Below, one piece after another: positions 19,080-28,384 of a stretch of DNA of 64,000 nt. Under the pieces are notes generated by a model. It was given only the letters and a program-made list of their open reading frames with translations. It was not told where the DNA came from and made no database searches. A program made the translations under genes and the position numbers. The stretch is taken from NCBI GenBank assembly GCA_963667255.1, contig OY762940.1, forward strand, positions 1,120,001 through 1,184,000. Reading direction: 5' to 3'. The DNA comes from Candidatus Cloacimonadota bacterium. Lineage in GTDB: Bacteria; Cloacimonadota; Cloacimonadia; G963667145. Positions within the stretch are counted from its first letter, which is position 1. Each line of letters begins with the position of its first letter.

Positions 19080-19130
19080 ATGGCAAAGGAAAAGTCCTCT
19101 TGGTTGACCACGGTAAAACCACAAAATTGA
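19080..19130 (+). CDS. Candidate 16-aa leader ORF (MAKEKSSWLTTVKPQN)
   Basis: AGGAGG RBS just upstream of the ATG; hairpin gcccatt/agtgggc just upstream; stop abuts the RBS of the next gene. Confidence 0.35.
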   Translation: MAKEKSSWLTTVKPQN

Positions 19131-19143
19131 GGGGAAACACGAA

Positions 19144-19794
19144 ATGAAAGCTATCTTGATATCGCTTGTTGAGAGCATCTTTGCTAATCCTGCAAACTAT
19201 GGAATATTTCTTCTTTGTTGTATAGTTTTAACCGCTATTGTAACTATTAAGATTAAAGGGTTTTTGAATAAATGCAAAAATTCTAACAAAAAGTTTGGTA
19301 ATATAGATAAAAGCTTTGTTAATGTTAATGAAAAGATGGATTCTTTTGGTGGGAAGCTTGATGCTATAGGTGCAAGTTTGATGAATTTATGCACTGCATT
19401 ACACGAAAAAAAAGTGGTTGTAAAGAATTATACTCCCCAAGCTTTAATTCAGTCAAGTAGCCCCATTAATTTAACAGAAAACGGTATTAAATTTGTAGAA
19501 AAAAGCGGGGCTAAAACTGCTTATTTGTCTATGAAGCAAGAGTTAACCGATAAAGTCCTTAGCAATGCTCCTTACAAAAATTATTTAGACTTTGAACAAG
19601 CGTGTTTAAGGGCAATTGATAACACTCAAAGAGAAGAATTGAACGAGCCTAAAAACTACATATATGAAAATCCTGTTACTAATGGTATTGCTGTTACTAT
19701 CTATGACATTGTTAAAATGATAGGAATTATGCTCAGAAATGACATCTTAAAAGAACATAAAGATATTGTTACCAGTTCGTTAAAAAAGAAATAA
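19144..19794 (+). CDS. Hypothetical protein with N-terminal TM helix, coiled coil and SPxxLTxxG-containing C-terminal domain
   Basis: 216-aa ORF; hydrophobic segment at about aa 19-37; GAGGGG RBS. Confidence 0.75.
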   Translation: MKAILISLVESIFANPANYGIFLLCCIVLTAIVTIKIKGFLNKCKNSNKKFGNIDKSFVNVNEKMDSFGGKLDAIGASLMNLCTALHEKKVVVKNYTPQALIQSSSPINLTENGIKFVEKSGAKTAYLSMKQELTDKVLSNAPYKNYLDFEQACLRAIDNTQREELNEPKNYIYENPVTNGIAVTIYDIVKMIGIMLRNDILKEHKDIVTSSLKKK

Positions 19795-19808
19795 TTTTGG
19801 AGTAAGTT

Positions 19809-20282
19809 ATGGGAAAGAAAATTGATGCTGTAGCTATTGCTAAATGGTTTTTGTGCAATATTGATTTGGCAAGTGGAGATTTAATAACTCATTTAAAGTT
19901 GCAAAAATTAGTTTACTATGCTCAAGCGTGGTATTTGGCTCTCAACGACAAAGAGTTGTTTCCCGAAGAAATAGAAGCGTGGGCTCACGGTCCGGTTGTT
20001 CCTTGTATTTTCCAAGCATTTAAAGGGAATGGATTTGACCCTATTCCTTGCCCAAGTGATTGCCCTGTTTTCGATAAGGAAATAACCTCACATCTTAGCG
20101 AAATACTGGATGTCTATGGTATTTATGAAGCAAAATATTTGGAAAGATTAACTCATCAAGAAGCTCCTTGGCTGCTTGCAAGAGGGAATTTACCTATTGA
20201 GGTTTCTTCTCACAATATTATTTCCAAAGAGAGTATGAAAGATTTTTACAAAAAAATGAACGAAGAAAACAAGAGTGCATAG
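19809..20282 (+). CDS. Panacea-domain antitoxin (PanA/SocA/DUF4065/GepA)
   Basis: ITHLKLQKLVYYAQ, LF.EEIEAWAHGPVVP, LERLTHQEAPW and ISKESMKDFY motifs. Confidence 0.92.
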   Translation: MGKKIDAVAIAKWFLCNIDLASGDLITHLKLQKLVYYAQAWYLALNDKELFPEEIEAWAHGPVVPCIFQAFKGNGFDPIPCPSDCPVFDKEITSHLSEILDVYGIYEAKYLERLTHQEAPWLLARGNLPIEVSSHNIISKESMKDFYKKMNEENKSA

Positions 20283-20706
20283 GATAAATGCAAAGGTAAA
20301 TAACGAGAACAAAAAAGCCTTTTATGATACATCTATAAAACCAAAAGAAGATTTCCCCAATGTTAGCTTAAAATATTTTAATGATGGGTTTGAGTGTTTT
20401 AGTGAATGGGGAAAGAAAGAGTTAAAGGGGCTTACATCTTTTATAAAAAAACTAAGAAATTCGACTTGGCAAAAGATATTTAACTCTGGTGGCAAGTGTA
20501 GTAAAAACAGTAAGAATGGTTTTGCCTTAACTACTCACAAAGGCAGCAATATTATCAAGAGGCTTTCTGGGAAATTGGCTTATATAGAAAAAAAAGAAAT
20601 TATTTTTTTTGAACTTAGAACGAGTGGGAAAGCGAGAGTTCACGGATTTAAACAAGGGGAAACATTCTTTTTAATTCTTCTCGATAGAAATCACAAACTC
20701 TATTAA
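20275..20706 (+). CDS. Putative type II toxin, RelE/ParE-like (MAG6450-like family)
   Basis: Basic 143-aa ORF overlapping the antitoxin stop; C-terminal FELR..GKARVHGF....FFLILLD.NH. Confidence 0.65.
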   Translation: MHRINAKVNNENKKAFYDTSIKPKEDFPNVSLKYFNDGFECFSEWGKKELKGLTSFIKKLRNSTWQKIFNSGGKCSKNSKNGFALTTHKGSNIIKRLSGKLAYIEKKEIIFFELRTSGKARVHGFKQGETFFLILLDRNHKLY

Positions 20707-21428
20707 TAAATTCTTGTAAAAACAGTAATAGTATAGCCTCCTTTGTAGCCTTCTTTGGGAGGGAATACAGCTTTGGTAACAAGCCTGTCTTTCGATTGTT
20801 CAATGATGGGGTCGCAAATATCTCCATCGTAAACTAACATCTTTTCGCTATAAGAATATGGAACTCTGTATGGGTCTGTGGAAACTTGGCTTGTCCCATC
20901 TAAGTAAAATGCTTCTGTTTGATTTTTGTGATAGTCTTGACCTGTCTTGTAATGATTGTATAGGTCAAACTTAGTCTTCCAAGTCCCAACCATATAGTCA
21001 TCTTTATTCAGATAGCAGGTAGCCTTGATGTAGTATGTTCTCTCTAAATCGTCATACTTTTCTTTGGTTATTCTGTAAGCGAATTTGTCGCCTTTTCCTG
21101 CGAGCAGGAGATTGATTTCTTTTTCGATAAACGATGTAACTTTGCCGTTCTTTTCGGCATCGTAGGTGGTAACACTACCAGAGACCTCGACTCCTCTGTC
21201 GATGAGAGTCTTGCCAATGAGCATTCGCACTACTTTGTCGTAGGCTTCGTTCTTGGTTTCGCCCTCTTGCAAATGATAGGTGGCTTCTTGGACTGTCTCG
21301 TGGTAGATTGACTTCTGATATTTGAACTCTACTGGGTCTCTGAAATAGTAGTCTCTTGGGTGCCACATAGCAAGCAAAGAAGTGAATATGAGTGTGAGCA
21401 AGATGAGTAGAGATATTAGCTTTTTCAT
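20703..21428 (-). CDS. Secreted hypothetical protein
   Basis: Signal peptide MKKLISLLILLTLIFTSLLA; AGGAG RBS before ATG 21428. Confidence 0.75.
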   Translation of the reverse strand: MKKLISLLILLTLIFTSLLAMWHPRDYYFRDPVEFKYQKSIYHETVQEATYHLQEGETKNEAYDKVVRMLIGKTLIDRGVEVSGSVTTYDAEKNGKVTSFIEKEINLLLAGKGDKFAYRITKEKYDDLERTYYIKATCYLNKDDYMVGTWKTKFDLYNHYKTGQDYHKNQTEAFYLDGTSQVSTDPYRVPYSYSEKMLVYDGDICDPIIEQSKDRLVTKAVFPPKEGYKGGYTITVFTRIY

Positions 21429-21606
21429 TTTACTTGGTCTCCTTTTTTGATTTATTTGAGTTTTCGGGGCATAGGTTGTCAAGAAATTTTAATCTTGTTG
21501 TTTTTATGCAAAAATTCCTTCTTTCAAATAAAAGTTGTTGACACCTGACACGATTTAATAAGTTTCAAACAAAATTTTATAGATATGTTTAACGAAAGGG
21601 GTGTAA

Positions 21607-22317
21607 ATGAACTCATCGCAAATTTTGGCTAAAATGCAAGGTATAGATGATAAGATTAGCGATTTGCTTAAAAAGTCCGCACATCTGCCGGAACAGCTCA
21701 AAGGTCTGCAAGATAAGAAGAGCGAGACAGGAACGGCGTTGGATGAACTTGTTGAGCAAATAAAAAAGTGCAAGGAGTCGCAAAGCTTGTTGGAGCTGGA
21801 AGTGCAGACTAACAAGAACTTGGTCGAGAAATACAAAGAGCAACTTAACTCTATATCTAACAACAAGGAATACAAGGCTTTAAATAGTGAAATAACGCTA
21901 ATTAAAAGCAAAAATGTGCAACTTGATGAAAAAGAGCTCGGTTTGATGGAAGAAGAGAAGTTATTGAATGAGCAGAAGAGAGTTGCCGAAGAGAACAATA
22001 TATCTGCAAAAAAAGCTCTCGAAGAGGGTGAGGCTACTATCAAGGTGCAGATTGACGAAGTGAACAAGCAGATAGAAGCTGAAAAGTCCGAGAGGAATGC
22101 ACTTGCCGGAAAATTGCCGACCTCCCTTGTAAAACAATATGTTCTCTTGATAAAGAAGAAGAATCGTAAAGCTGTTGCTTTTGCTTATAAAGACGCTTGC
22201 AGTGAATGTGGCTTTCGTTTGCGTCCACAATTGCTCTTGGAGCTTGATACTTGCAGTGAGCCGAAAGTGTGTGAGAATTGTGGCAGGTTTTTGATTAAAT
22301 TGGAAGAAAATAAATAA
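21607..22317 (+). CDS. Coiled-coil C4-type zinc-ribbon protein (DUF164/CT398-like)
   Basis: Long coiled coil with NNKEYKAL..EI; CSEC and CENCGRFL; lies upstream of rnpB. Confidence 0.9.
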   Translation: MNSSQILAKMQGIDDKISDLLKKSAHLPEQLKGLQDKKSETGTALDELVEQIKKCKESQSLLELEVQTNKNLVEKYKEQLNSISNNKEYKALNSEITLIKSKNVQLDEKELGLMEEEKLLNEQKRVAEENNISAKKALEEGEATIKVQIDEVNKQIEAEKSERNALAGKLPTSLVKQYVLLIKKKNRKAVAFAYKDACSECGFRLRPQLLLELDTCSEPKVCENCGRFLIKLEENK

Positions 22318-22330
22318 AGATATATTTTTG

Positions 22331-22750
22331 AGGAGAGGATAACATCTCTGCCGAAGTCGATTTTGTTGGCTTCGAAGGAAAGTCCGAACACCGCAGAGCA
22401 GATTGCTTCTTAATACGGAAGTCTTGGCAACAAGGAATAATCCAACAGAAAGATACTCCAAGCACCTATTTTAGCTTTCAAATTTGTAGAAAATAGGTAT
22501 ATTAAAAAGGCTAAAATAGGTGCTTGATAAGGTGAAATGGTGGTGTAAGAGATCACCGGCACGGAGCGTGAGCCTCGTGGACAGGGAGTTTCAATCGGTG
22601 CAATGCCAAATAGGGGACTGATAGGTTGCTCGCCTTGCTAAGGTCTCGGGTAGGCAGCAAGAGTCGGTTAGTGATAATCGACCGAGATAAATAGAGATAG
22701 TTTGGCTGTTTAGTAGGTCAAAGACAGAATTCGGCTTAATATCTTCTCCT
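22331..22750 (+). ncRNA. rnpB: RNase P RNA (bacterial type A-like)
   Basis: GAAGGAAAGTCCGAA and ACAGAATTCGGCTTA form P4; CAACAGAAAG, AAGGTGAAATGGTGGTGTAAGAG and GGGTAGG elements; terminal P1 aggagaggat/atcttctcct. Confidence 0.95.
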
Positions 22751-22774
22751 TAAAATAATCAAAAGAATGTTGTT

Positions 22775-24484
22775 ATGAAATCTTCGTGGATATTGGCTGA
22801 AAACAAAGAAAATGAATCTTTGCTCGCGGAACTTGAACGGGAGCTGTCTTGTAGTAGCCGTTTTGCACAAATTTTGCTTAATTTGGATTTGAACTCTTTG
22901 CAAGAAGCAAAATCTTTTTTATCTCCTGAAATTGGAGATTTGTTAAATCCTTTTTCTTTTAAACAGATGACAAAAGCTGTCGAATTGGTGGTAAAAGCAA
23001 TTAAGAGAAAGCGAAAAATCATTATCTACGGTGATTTTGACGCTGATGGCATCACTTCGGTAACTGTTCTTTACAGGGGCTTGCGAGAGCTGGGTGCGGA
23101 TATTGACTTTTTTATTCCTGACAGGCTGAAAGATGGTTACGGGCTTAGCATGAGATGTGCGGAGAGGATTTTAGAAGAGCCTCCTTATTTGTTGATAACG
23201 GTCGATTGTGGCATCTCTGCTGCTGATGTGGTGGACAAGCTGAAGGCGGAAAGCGTCAAAGTCATTATCACAGACCACCATTTACCACAGGGCAAGATTC
23301 CGTCCGCTGATGCCGTGCTAAATCCGCAATTGGAAGACAGCGGTTATGCATGCAAATATCTGGCAGGAGTGGGAGTTGCTTTCAAATTGTTAAGCGGAGT
23401 TTGCAGTTTGCTGGAGGTTGACCCTAATCGTTATCTTTATCCGAATTTGATTTTTGTCTGCTTGGGGACTGTGGCAGATATTGTGCCTTTGACAGAGGAG
23501 AACAGGACACTGGTCAGATTGGGTATTTTGTCTATAAAAAATCGCTTTAACAAGGGACTTACTGCTCTGATAAAGTCGGGAGGTCTGAATCCCGATAGGC
23601 TTACTTCGGGGAATGTGGTGTTCAATGTTGCTCCGAAAATCAACGCTGCCGGTCGTATGGGCGATGTGAAACAGGCGGTAAACCTTTTCCTTAGTGAAGA
23701 TGAAAACGAAATCAATTCCATCGTTACTGAGTTGGAGGAGTTAAATTCGCTTCGTCGCAATCAGCAGGACGAAATTTTCGAGCTGGCTTGTCAGCAGATA
23801 GAGGAAAAATATTCAGATTTCGATAAAATGCAAACTCTAATAGTCGGAGACCCCAGTTGGCATGTGGGGATTATCGGGATAGTAGCTTCCAAGTTGGTGG
23901 AGACTTTCAATCGTCCGGCGATTGTTTATGGCGAGGAAGGTGGCAAATTACGCGGTTCAGCCAGAAGTGTCCCCGGGTTTAACATGGTAAAAGCCATTGA
24001 GAGTGGCAAAGATTTGTTGATAGCTTACGGTGGTCATAAGTATGCGGCGGGCATCAGTTTGTTGCAGGAATATTTGCCGAGATTTGAAGAGAGGGTGCAA
24101 AACTATTGTAAGGAAAATTTGACTGAAGAGATGGTGCAGCCGACATTTAGGGTGGATATGGAGCTTGATTTTGCGGAGATTGACAACGATTTCGTAAAGT
24201 TTCTAACCAAACTCTCGCCTTTTGGTCCTGGCAACCATAAACCTGTGTTTTTGTCCAAAGGTCTGAAGATAGCCAATAGTCCGCGAATTGTTGGGGCTAA
24301 TCATTTGCAGGTCAGGCTGACAAACGGGGAAAACGAGATTAACTTCATCGGCTTTGGTTTGGGCGACTATCAGAAGCAACTAAAATACGATTCCACATTG
24401 GATATAATTTACGCTTTGGATTTCAATTTTTGGCAATCCAGAGTTTATATACAAGGCTTTCTAAAAGATATTGATGTCTATTAA
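22775..24484 (+). CDS. recJ: Single-stranded-DNA-specific exonuclease RecJ
   Basis: YGDFDADG, TVDCG, TDHH, GTVAD, PKINAAGR, GSARS, GGH..AAG and PFGPGN motifs. Confidence 0.96.
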   Translation: MKSSWILAENKENESLLAELERELSCSSRFAQILLNLDLNSLQEAKSFLSPEIGDLLNPFSFKQMTKAVELVVKAIKRKRKIIIYGDFDADGITSVTVLYRGLRELGADIDFFIPDRLKDGYGLSMRCAERILEEPPYLLITVDCGISAADVVDKLKAESVKVIITDHHLPQGKIPSADAVLNPQLEDSGYACKYLAGVGVAFKLLSGVCSLLEVDPNRYLYPNLIFVCLGTVADIVPLTEENRTLVRLGILSIKNRFNKGLTALIKSGGLNPDRLTSGNVVFNVAPKINAAGRMGDVKQAVNLFLSEDENEINSIVTELEELNSLRRNQQDEIFELACQQIEEKYSDFDKMQTLIVGDPSWHVGIIGIVASKLVETFNRPAIVYGEEGGKLRGSARSVPGFNMVKAIESGKDLLIAYGGHKYAAGISLLQEYLPRFEERVQNYCKENLTEEMVQPTFRVDMELDFAEIDNDFVKFLTKLSPFGPGNHKPVFLSKGLKIANSPRIVGANHLQVRLTNGENEINFIGFGLGDYQKQLKYDSTLDIIYALDFNFWQSRVYIQGFLKDIDVY

Positions 24485-25946
24485 AAAACTTCCAACCTAT
24501 TGCTTGCCGATAATTTCGGCGATTTTATTGGCACTCGCTCGAATGGATGTCGGGTGCGGTTTCTTCTGCTTTTTCTGTTTAATTCCGTTGTTTTATTGGC
24601 TCGGCTCGGACAAGATAAACCTATGGCGAGGTTCGTTTTTATTCAGTATTTTCTTCAACGGGATTTACATTTATTGGATAGCTTATGTCACTTTTTGGGG
24701 ATACATCGGGATTGTCTTATTTTTCGTTTTGTATTTCCTAATCGTATTTTATTTAGTCAGAAAGTGTTGGCAATATTTCCCGAAAATCAAATTTCTTTCT
24801 TTCGCTGTTTTTTGGATAACCTTGGAATTTTATATGAATTACACGGAAATTGCTTTCCCGTGGATGTCGCTCGGCTATTCATTATCCGCTTATCTGTATC
24901 TAATCCAGTTGGTTTCTCTTGGCGGAATGAGTATTTTGTCTTTTCTGATAATCGCCATCAATTACAGTCTGTTTGTTTATTCTAAAACAAAAGATAAGAG
25001 ATTTTTGCTTTGCTCTGTGTTGATTTTATTGGTTTGGGCGATTTTCGGGTTTTACCTTTTGAACTCGGTAAAATTACGGAAGGCAGACAAAAAAATCGCA
25101 ATCTTGCAACCGAACATCTCTTTAGAGGTCAAGCACAGCATAGACGCTACACCGAGGATGCTCAAGGTTTATAACGAAGAGTTTAATTTGTTGAAAGGCA
25201 AGAAGATAGGTTTGCTTTTGTTGCCAGAGAGTGCCCTTATGGATTTTCCTCTTCACAACAAAAATTTGTATGACAAAATTTCCAAGTTGAGTAAGACAGT
25301 GAATGCCAATCTGTTTTTGGGATTTTTGGATTATCAGGTTACGGCGGAGAGAGTTAAGTATTTCAATTCTTGTTCGCAAGTTGATTCGACGGACAAATTT
25401 TACCCGAAGTATAGCAAAACCGTGCTTGTTCCGCTTGGCGAGAGGATTCCTTATTTGGATATTTTTCCGTTTTTGTGGAGTCTAAATTTGGGGCAAGCTA
25501 ATTGGGAATATGGAGAAGGAGCAAAGTTTTATTCGCTTGATGGTTATTCGTTTTCGCCAGTGATTTGCTATGAAATTGCTTTCCCAAAAGTGCTAAAAAA
25601 ACTTGCCAAAGCTGATTTTGTTGTGAATTTGACCAACGATGCTTGGTTTCGCAAATCAGTGGGTGCGACTCAACATATGCAGATGGCTGTTTTTCGGGCG
25701 ATAGAGATCAGAAAGTCTATTTATCGCTGTGCCAATACGGGGTATTCTGTTGTGGTTTTGCCAACGGGAAGAATTTTGGAAAAGCTACCGCTTTTTGAGA
25801 AAGGCATTATAATTAGTGATTTGTATATCAGCGATAGCAGTTCGCTCTATTCGACAATAAATTACGAATGGATATTTGTTGCCTTGAGTTTGATTTTTGT
25901 GGTGGCTGTTTTAGTGAAAAGGGAAAATGATATAGGAAATACTTAG
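24474..25946 (+). CDS. lnt: Apolipoprotein N-acyltransferase
   Basis: TM-rich N-terminus with FPW; nitrilase triad regions LPESA, K..LVPLGE and ICYE; TNDAWF. Confidence 0.93.
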   Translation: MSIKKLPTYCLPIISAILLALARMDVGCGFFCFFCLIPLFYWLGSDKINLWRGSFLFSIFFNGIYIYWIAYVTFWGYIGIVLFFVLYFLIVFYLVRKCWQYFPKIKFLSFAVFWITLEFYMNYTEIAFPWMSLGYSLSAYLYLIQLVSLGGMSILSFLIIAINYSLFVYSKTKDKRFLLCSVLILLVWAIFGFYLLNSVKLRKADKKIAILQPNISLEVKHSIDATPRMLKVYNEEFNLLKGKKIGLLLLPESALMDFPLHNKNLYDKISKLSKTVNANLFLGFLDYQVTAERVKYFNSCSQVDSTDKFYPKYSKTVLVPLGERIPYLDIFPFLWSLNLGQANWEYGEGAKFYSLDGYSFSPVICYEIAFPKVLKKLAKADFVVNLTNDAWFRKSVGATQHMQMAVFRAIEIRKSIYRCANTGYSVVVLPTGRILEKLPLFEKGIIISDLYISDSSSLYSTINYEWIFVALSLIFVVAVLVKRENDIGNT

Positions 25947-25957
25947 GAGAGTAGAGA

Positions 25958-26371
25958 ATGACAAGAGAAGAAGTGCTTCAGATGATTAAAGATTACCCTT
26001 ATGCGACTCTGGGGACTGTGGATGAACAAGGGCGACCTCGTTTGAGACCGATGTTGATTACTCCGGCTGATGACAATTTTCTGTTGTGGAGTTCTACGCA
26101 TATCGAGAGCGGTAAATACAAAGAGATGAAGAATAACCCAAATGTTGAGCTTTTGTTTTGGGACAAAGCTACTGGGACTGAGATTAGAGTTTCCGCTATC
26201 GCTGATGTGAGTGGTGGCGAAAACAAAAAGTCGAAAATGTTCAAAATCAATCCAAAGATTGAGAACTGTTTTGGCAGAGTGAACAACCCGATTTTTGTTC
26301 ATCTTGAGTTCAAGCCGACAAGCGTAAGATACAAATACAAAGGTTTCTGTGGTTATACGGAAGTTTTGTAG
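25958..26371 (+). CDS. Pyridoxamine 5'-phosphate oxidase family (FMN-binding split barrel) protein
   Basis: ATLGTVDEQGRPRLRPM...K..EMKNNPNVEL pattern. Confidence 0.8.
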   Translation: MTREEVLQMIKDYPYATLGTVDEQGRPRLRPMLITPADDNFLLWSSTHIESGKYKEMKNNPNVELLFWDKATGTEIRVSAIADVSGGENKKSKMFKINPKIENCFGRVNNPIFVHLEFKPTSVRYKYKGFCGYTEVL

Positions 26372-26395
26372 AAGAAATTTTATTGGGAGAGTTTT

Positions 26396-26743
26396 GTGAT
26401 AATTACTAAAATTTCCTGCGATGATGCGGGAAACTCTTTTTTTGAAGATGTCGAGATTGACATTATGGATAAGGGTCAAATTGGCAAATTGTCGCAAGAT
26501 TTTCCTGTGAAATCGTTGGTGTTCCGCGAGAACGAGCCGGGTTACGATTATGATTGGCATACGGCTCCGCGACGACAGTATATCGTTATTTTGGAGGGAG
26601 CTATCTCTATCGAGGTAACTTCAGGCGAGATTAGAGAGTTTCATCAGGGCGATGTTTTCATAGTTGCGGATACCACTGGAAAAGGTCATAAGTCCAAGTC
26701 TATTGACGGGAAAGCGAGAAAATCTTTGTTTATCCCGTTTTGA
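26396..26743 (+). CDS. Cupin-domain protein
   Basis: DWHTAPRRQY..ILEG and GDVF...DTTGKGH motifs. Confidence 0.75.
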   Translation: MIITKISCDDAGNSFFEDVEIDIMDKGQIGKLSQDFPVKSLVFRENEPGYDYDWHTAPRRQYIVILEGAISIEVTSGEIREFHQGDVFIVADTTGKGHKSKSIDGKARKSLFIPF

Positions 26744-26810
26744 CAAAAAAGATTGACCGAGAAATGTGAAAATGAACAGATTAGTTCGATGAGAAATAAA
26801 GGGAAATTGA

Positions 26811-27404
26811 ATGGAAAATTTTATCAAGCAATTGGCGAGTGAATCTCCCGTTCCGGGTGGAGGTGCTGCGGGCTGTGTTTTTGGTGCGATAGGCTCTGCC
26901 GCTGCACAGATGGTGCTAAATTTGACAAAAGGCAAGAAGAAATATGCACAGTTTGAGGAAGCAAATTCCGATGCTTTGCAAGAATTGGAGTGTTTGAGCA
27001 ACGAGTTTCTGTATCTAAAGGGAATTGATGAGCAAGCGTTCGGATTGGTAAGCAAAGTGTGCTCTCTGCCCAAAGGGGAAGAACGGGACAAAGAGTTGCA
27101 AAATGCTTTGCAGACTGCTATTCAACCTCCATATTCCGCTTTGGAAATTTCTTTGAGAGGATTGGAGGTTTTGCAAGGACTGGTAAACACCACGAATGTT
27201 AATTTGATAAGTGATTTGGCAGTTGCCTGTGCAGGGCTGGAGAGTGCCGCCAAGAGTTGTTATTACAATGTGATGATAAACATAAAGTATATAAAAGACG
27301 GCGAATTTTGCAGTTTTTGGTCGGGCAAAGCCAAAGGTTGTTATGACGAAGCTTTAGCAAAAGTTGCTTTGATTGAAAAAGAGATTTTACAAAAAATCTG
27401 TTAG
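26811..27404 (+). CDS. Cyclodeaminase/cyclohydrolase family protein (FTCD_C, FchA-like)
   Basis: LASESPVPGGG, LTKGKKKY, D..AF, NLISD and NVMIN motifs. Confidence 0.88.
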   Translation: MENFIKQLASESPVPGGGAAGCVFGAIGSAAAQMVLNLTKGKKKYAQFEEANSDALQELECLSNEFLYLKGIDEQAFGLVSKVCSLPKGEERDKELQNALQTAIQPPYSALEISLRGLEVLQGLVNTTNVNLISDLAVACAGLESAAKSCYYNVMINIKYIKDGEFCSFWSGKAKGCYDEALAKVALIEKEILQKIC

Positions 27405-27421
27405 TTCTAAAGAGGTAAATT

Positions 27422-28384
27422 ATGTATACTATTTTGACCGGAGGTGCCGGATTTATTGGGGCGAATATTCTGCGAGAGCTCAATAATAGAGGCGAAGAGA
27501 ACATTATAGTAGTGGATAATTTGGAGAAGAGCCAAAAGTGGAACAATTTGGTTGGGTGTAAATTTGAGAACTATTTTAACAAGCACGAATTTTACGACTT
27601 GGTTGCTGACGATTTTCACTATTTTGGCAAGATTAAGCAGGTAATTCACATGGGTGCTTGCTCGGCGACTACGGAAGAGAATATGGACTACCTAATGGAC
27701 AACAATCTCCATTATTCTCAACTTATGTTTAATCTCGCTACCGAACACAACGCTGTTTTTATTTACGCCTCGTCTGCTGCTACCTACGGAGATGGAGCGT
27801 TGGGGTTTGAAGATGATGCAAAACTGGCAACTCTGCGACCGATAAACAGGTATGGATTTTCCAAACATCTTTTTGATTTGTGGCTCGATAAAAACGATTT
27901 TTGGTCAAAAGCTATTGGATTGAAGTTTTTTAATGTGTTTGGACCTTTTGAATATCACAAAGGTTCTATGGTCTCTATGGCTTATCGTGGTTATCAGCAA
28001 ATTTTGGATTCGGGCAAAATCAAACTTTTTGCTTCCAACAGACCTGATTACGAAGACGGCGGACAAAAGAGGGATTTTGTGTATGTGAAAGATTGTGCTA
28101 GAGTTGTCTGCGATTTTCTGCAGGTCAAGGGAATAGGCGGTTTGTATAATATGGGGACAGGATTTGCACACTCTTGGAACGAACTTGCCGGAGCAATCTT
28201 TAGTGCTATGGGTCAAGAGAAGAAAATCAAGTATATTCCGATGCCGGAGAACTTATTGGGAAGCTACCAGTATTTTACCAAAGCCAATATGAATAAGCTA
28301 AGAACTGTCTTTCCCGATTTCCAAGCCACGCCTTTGCAAGAAGCAGTAAGAGACTATGTGGTTAATTATTTACGAAAAAATTGA
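27422..28384 (+). CDS. hldD: ADP-L-glycero-D-manno-heptose 6-epimerase
   Basis: TGGAGFIG, HMGACSATT, YASSAATYG, YGFSK, FFNVFGPFEYHKG.M.S and YQYFTKA motifs. Confidence 0.95.
   Translation: MYTILTGGAGFIGANILRELNNRGEENIIVVDNLEKSQKWNNLVGCKFENYFNKHEFYDLVADDFHYFGKIKQVIHMGACSATTEENMDYLMDNNLHYSQLMFNLATEHNAVFIYASSAATYGDGALGFEDDAKLATLRPINRYGFSKHLFDLWLDKNDFWSKAIGLKFFNVFGPFEYHKGSMVSMAYRGYQQILDSGKIKLFASNRPDYEDGGQKRDFVYVKDCARVVCDFLQVKGIGGLYNMGTGFAHSWNELAGAIFSAMGQEKKIKYIPMPENLLGSYQYFTKANMNKLRTVFPDFQATPLQEAVRDYVVNYLRKN

Noticed and set aside
18516..21500. Possible att-like direct repeat ttaatct(t)tgtt flanking the island
   Set aside because: Short, imperfect and AT-rich, so not significant.
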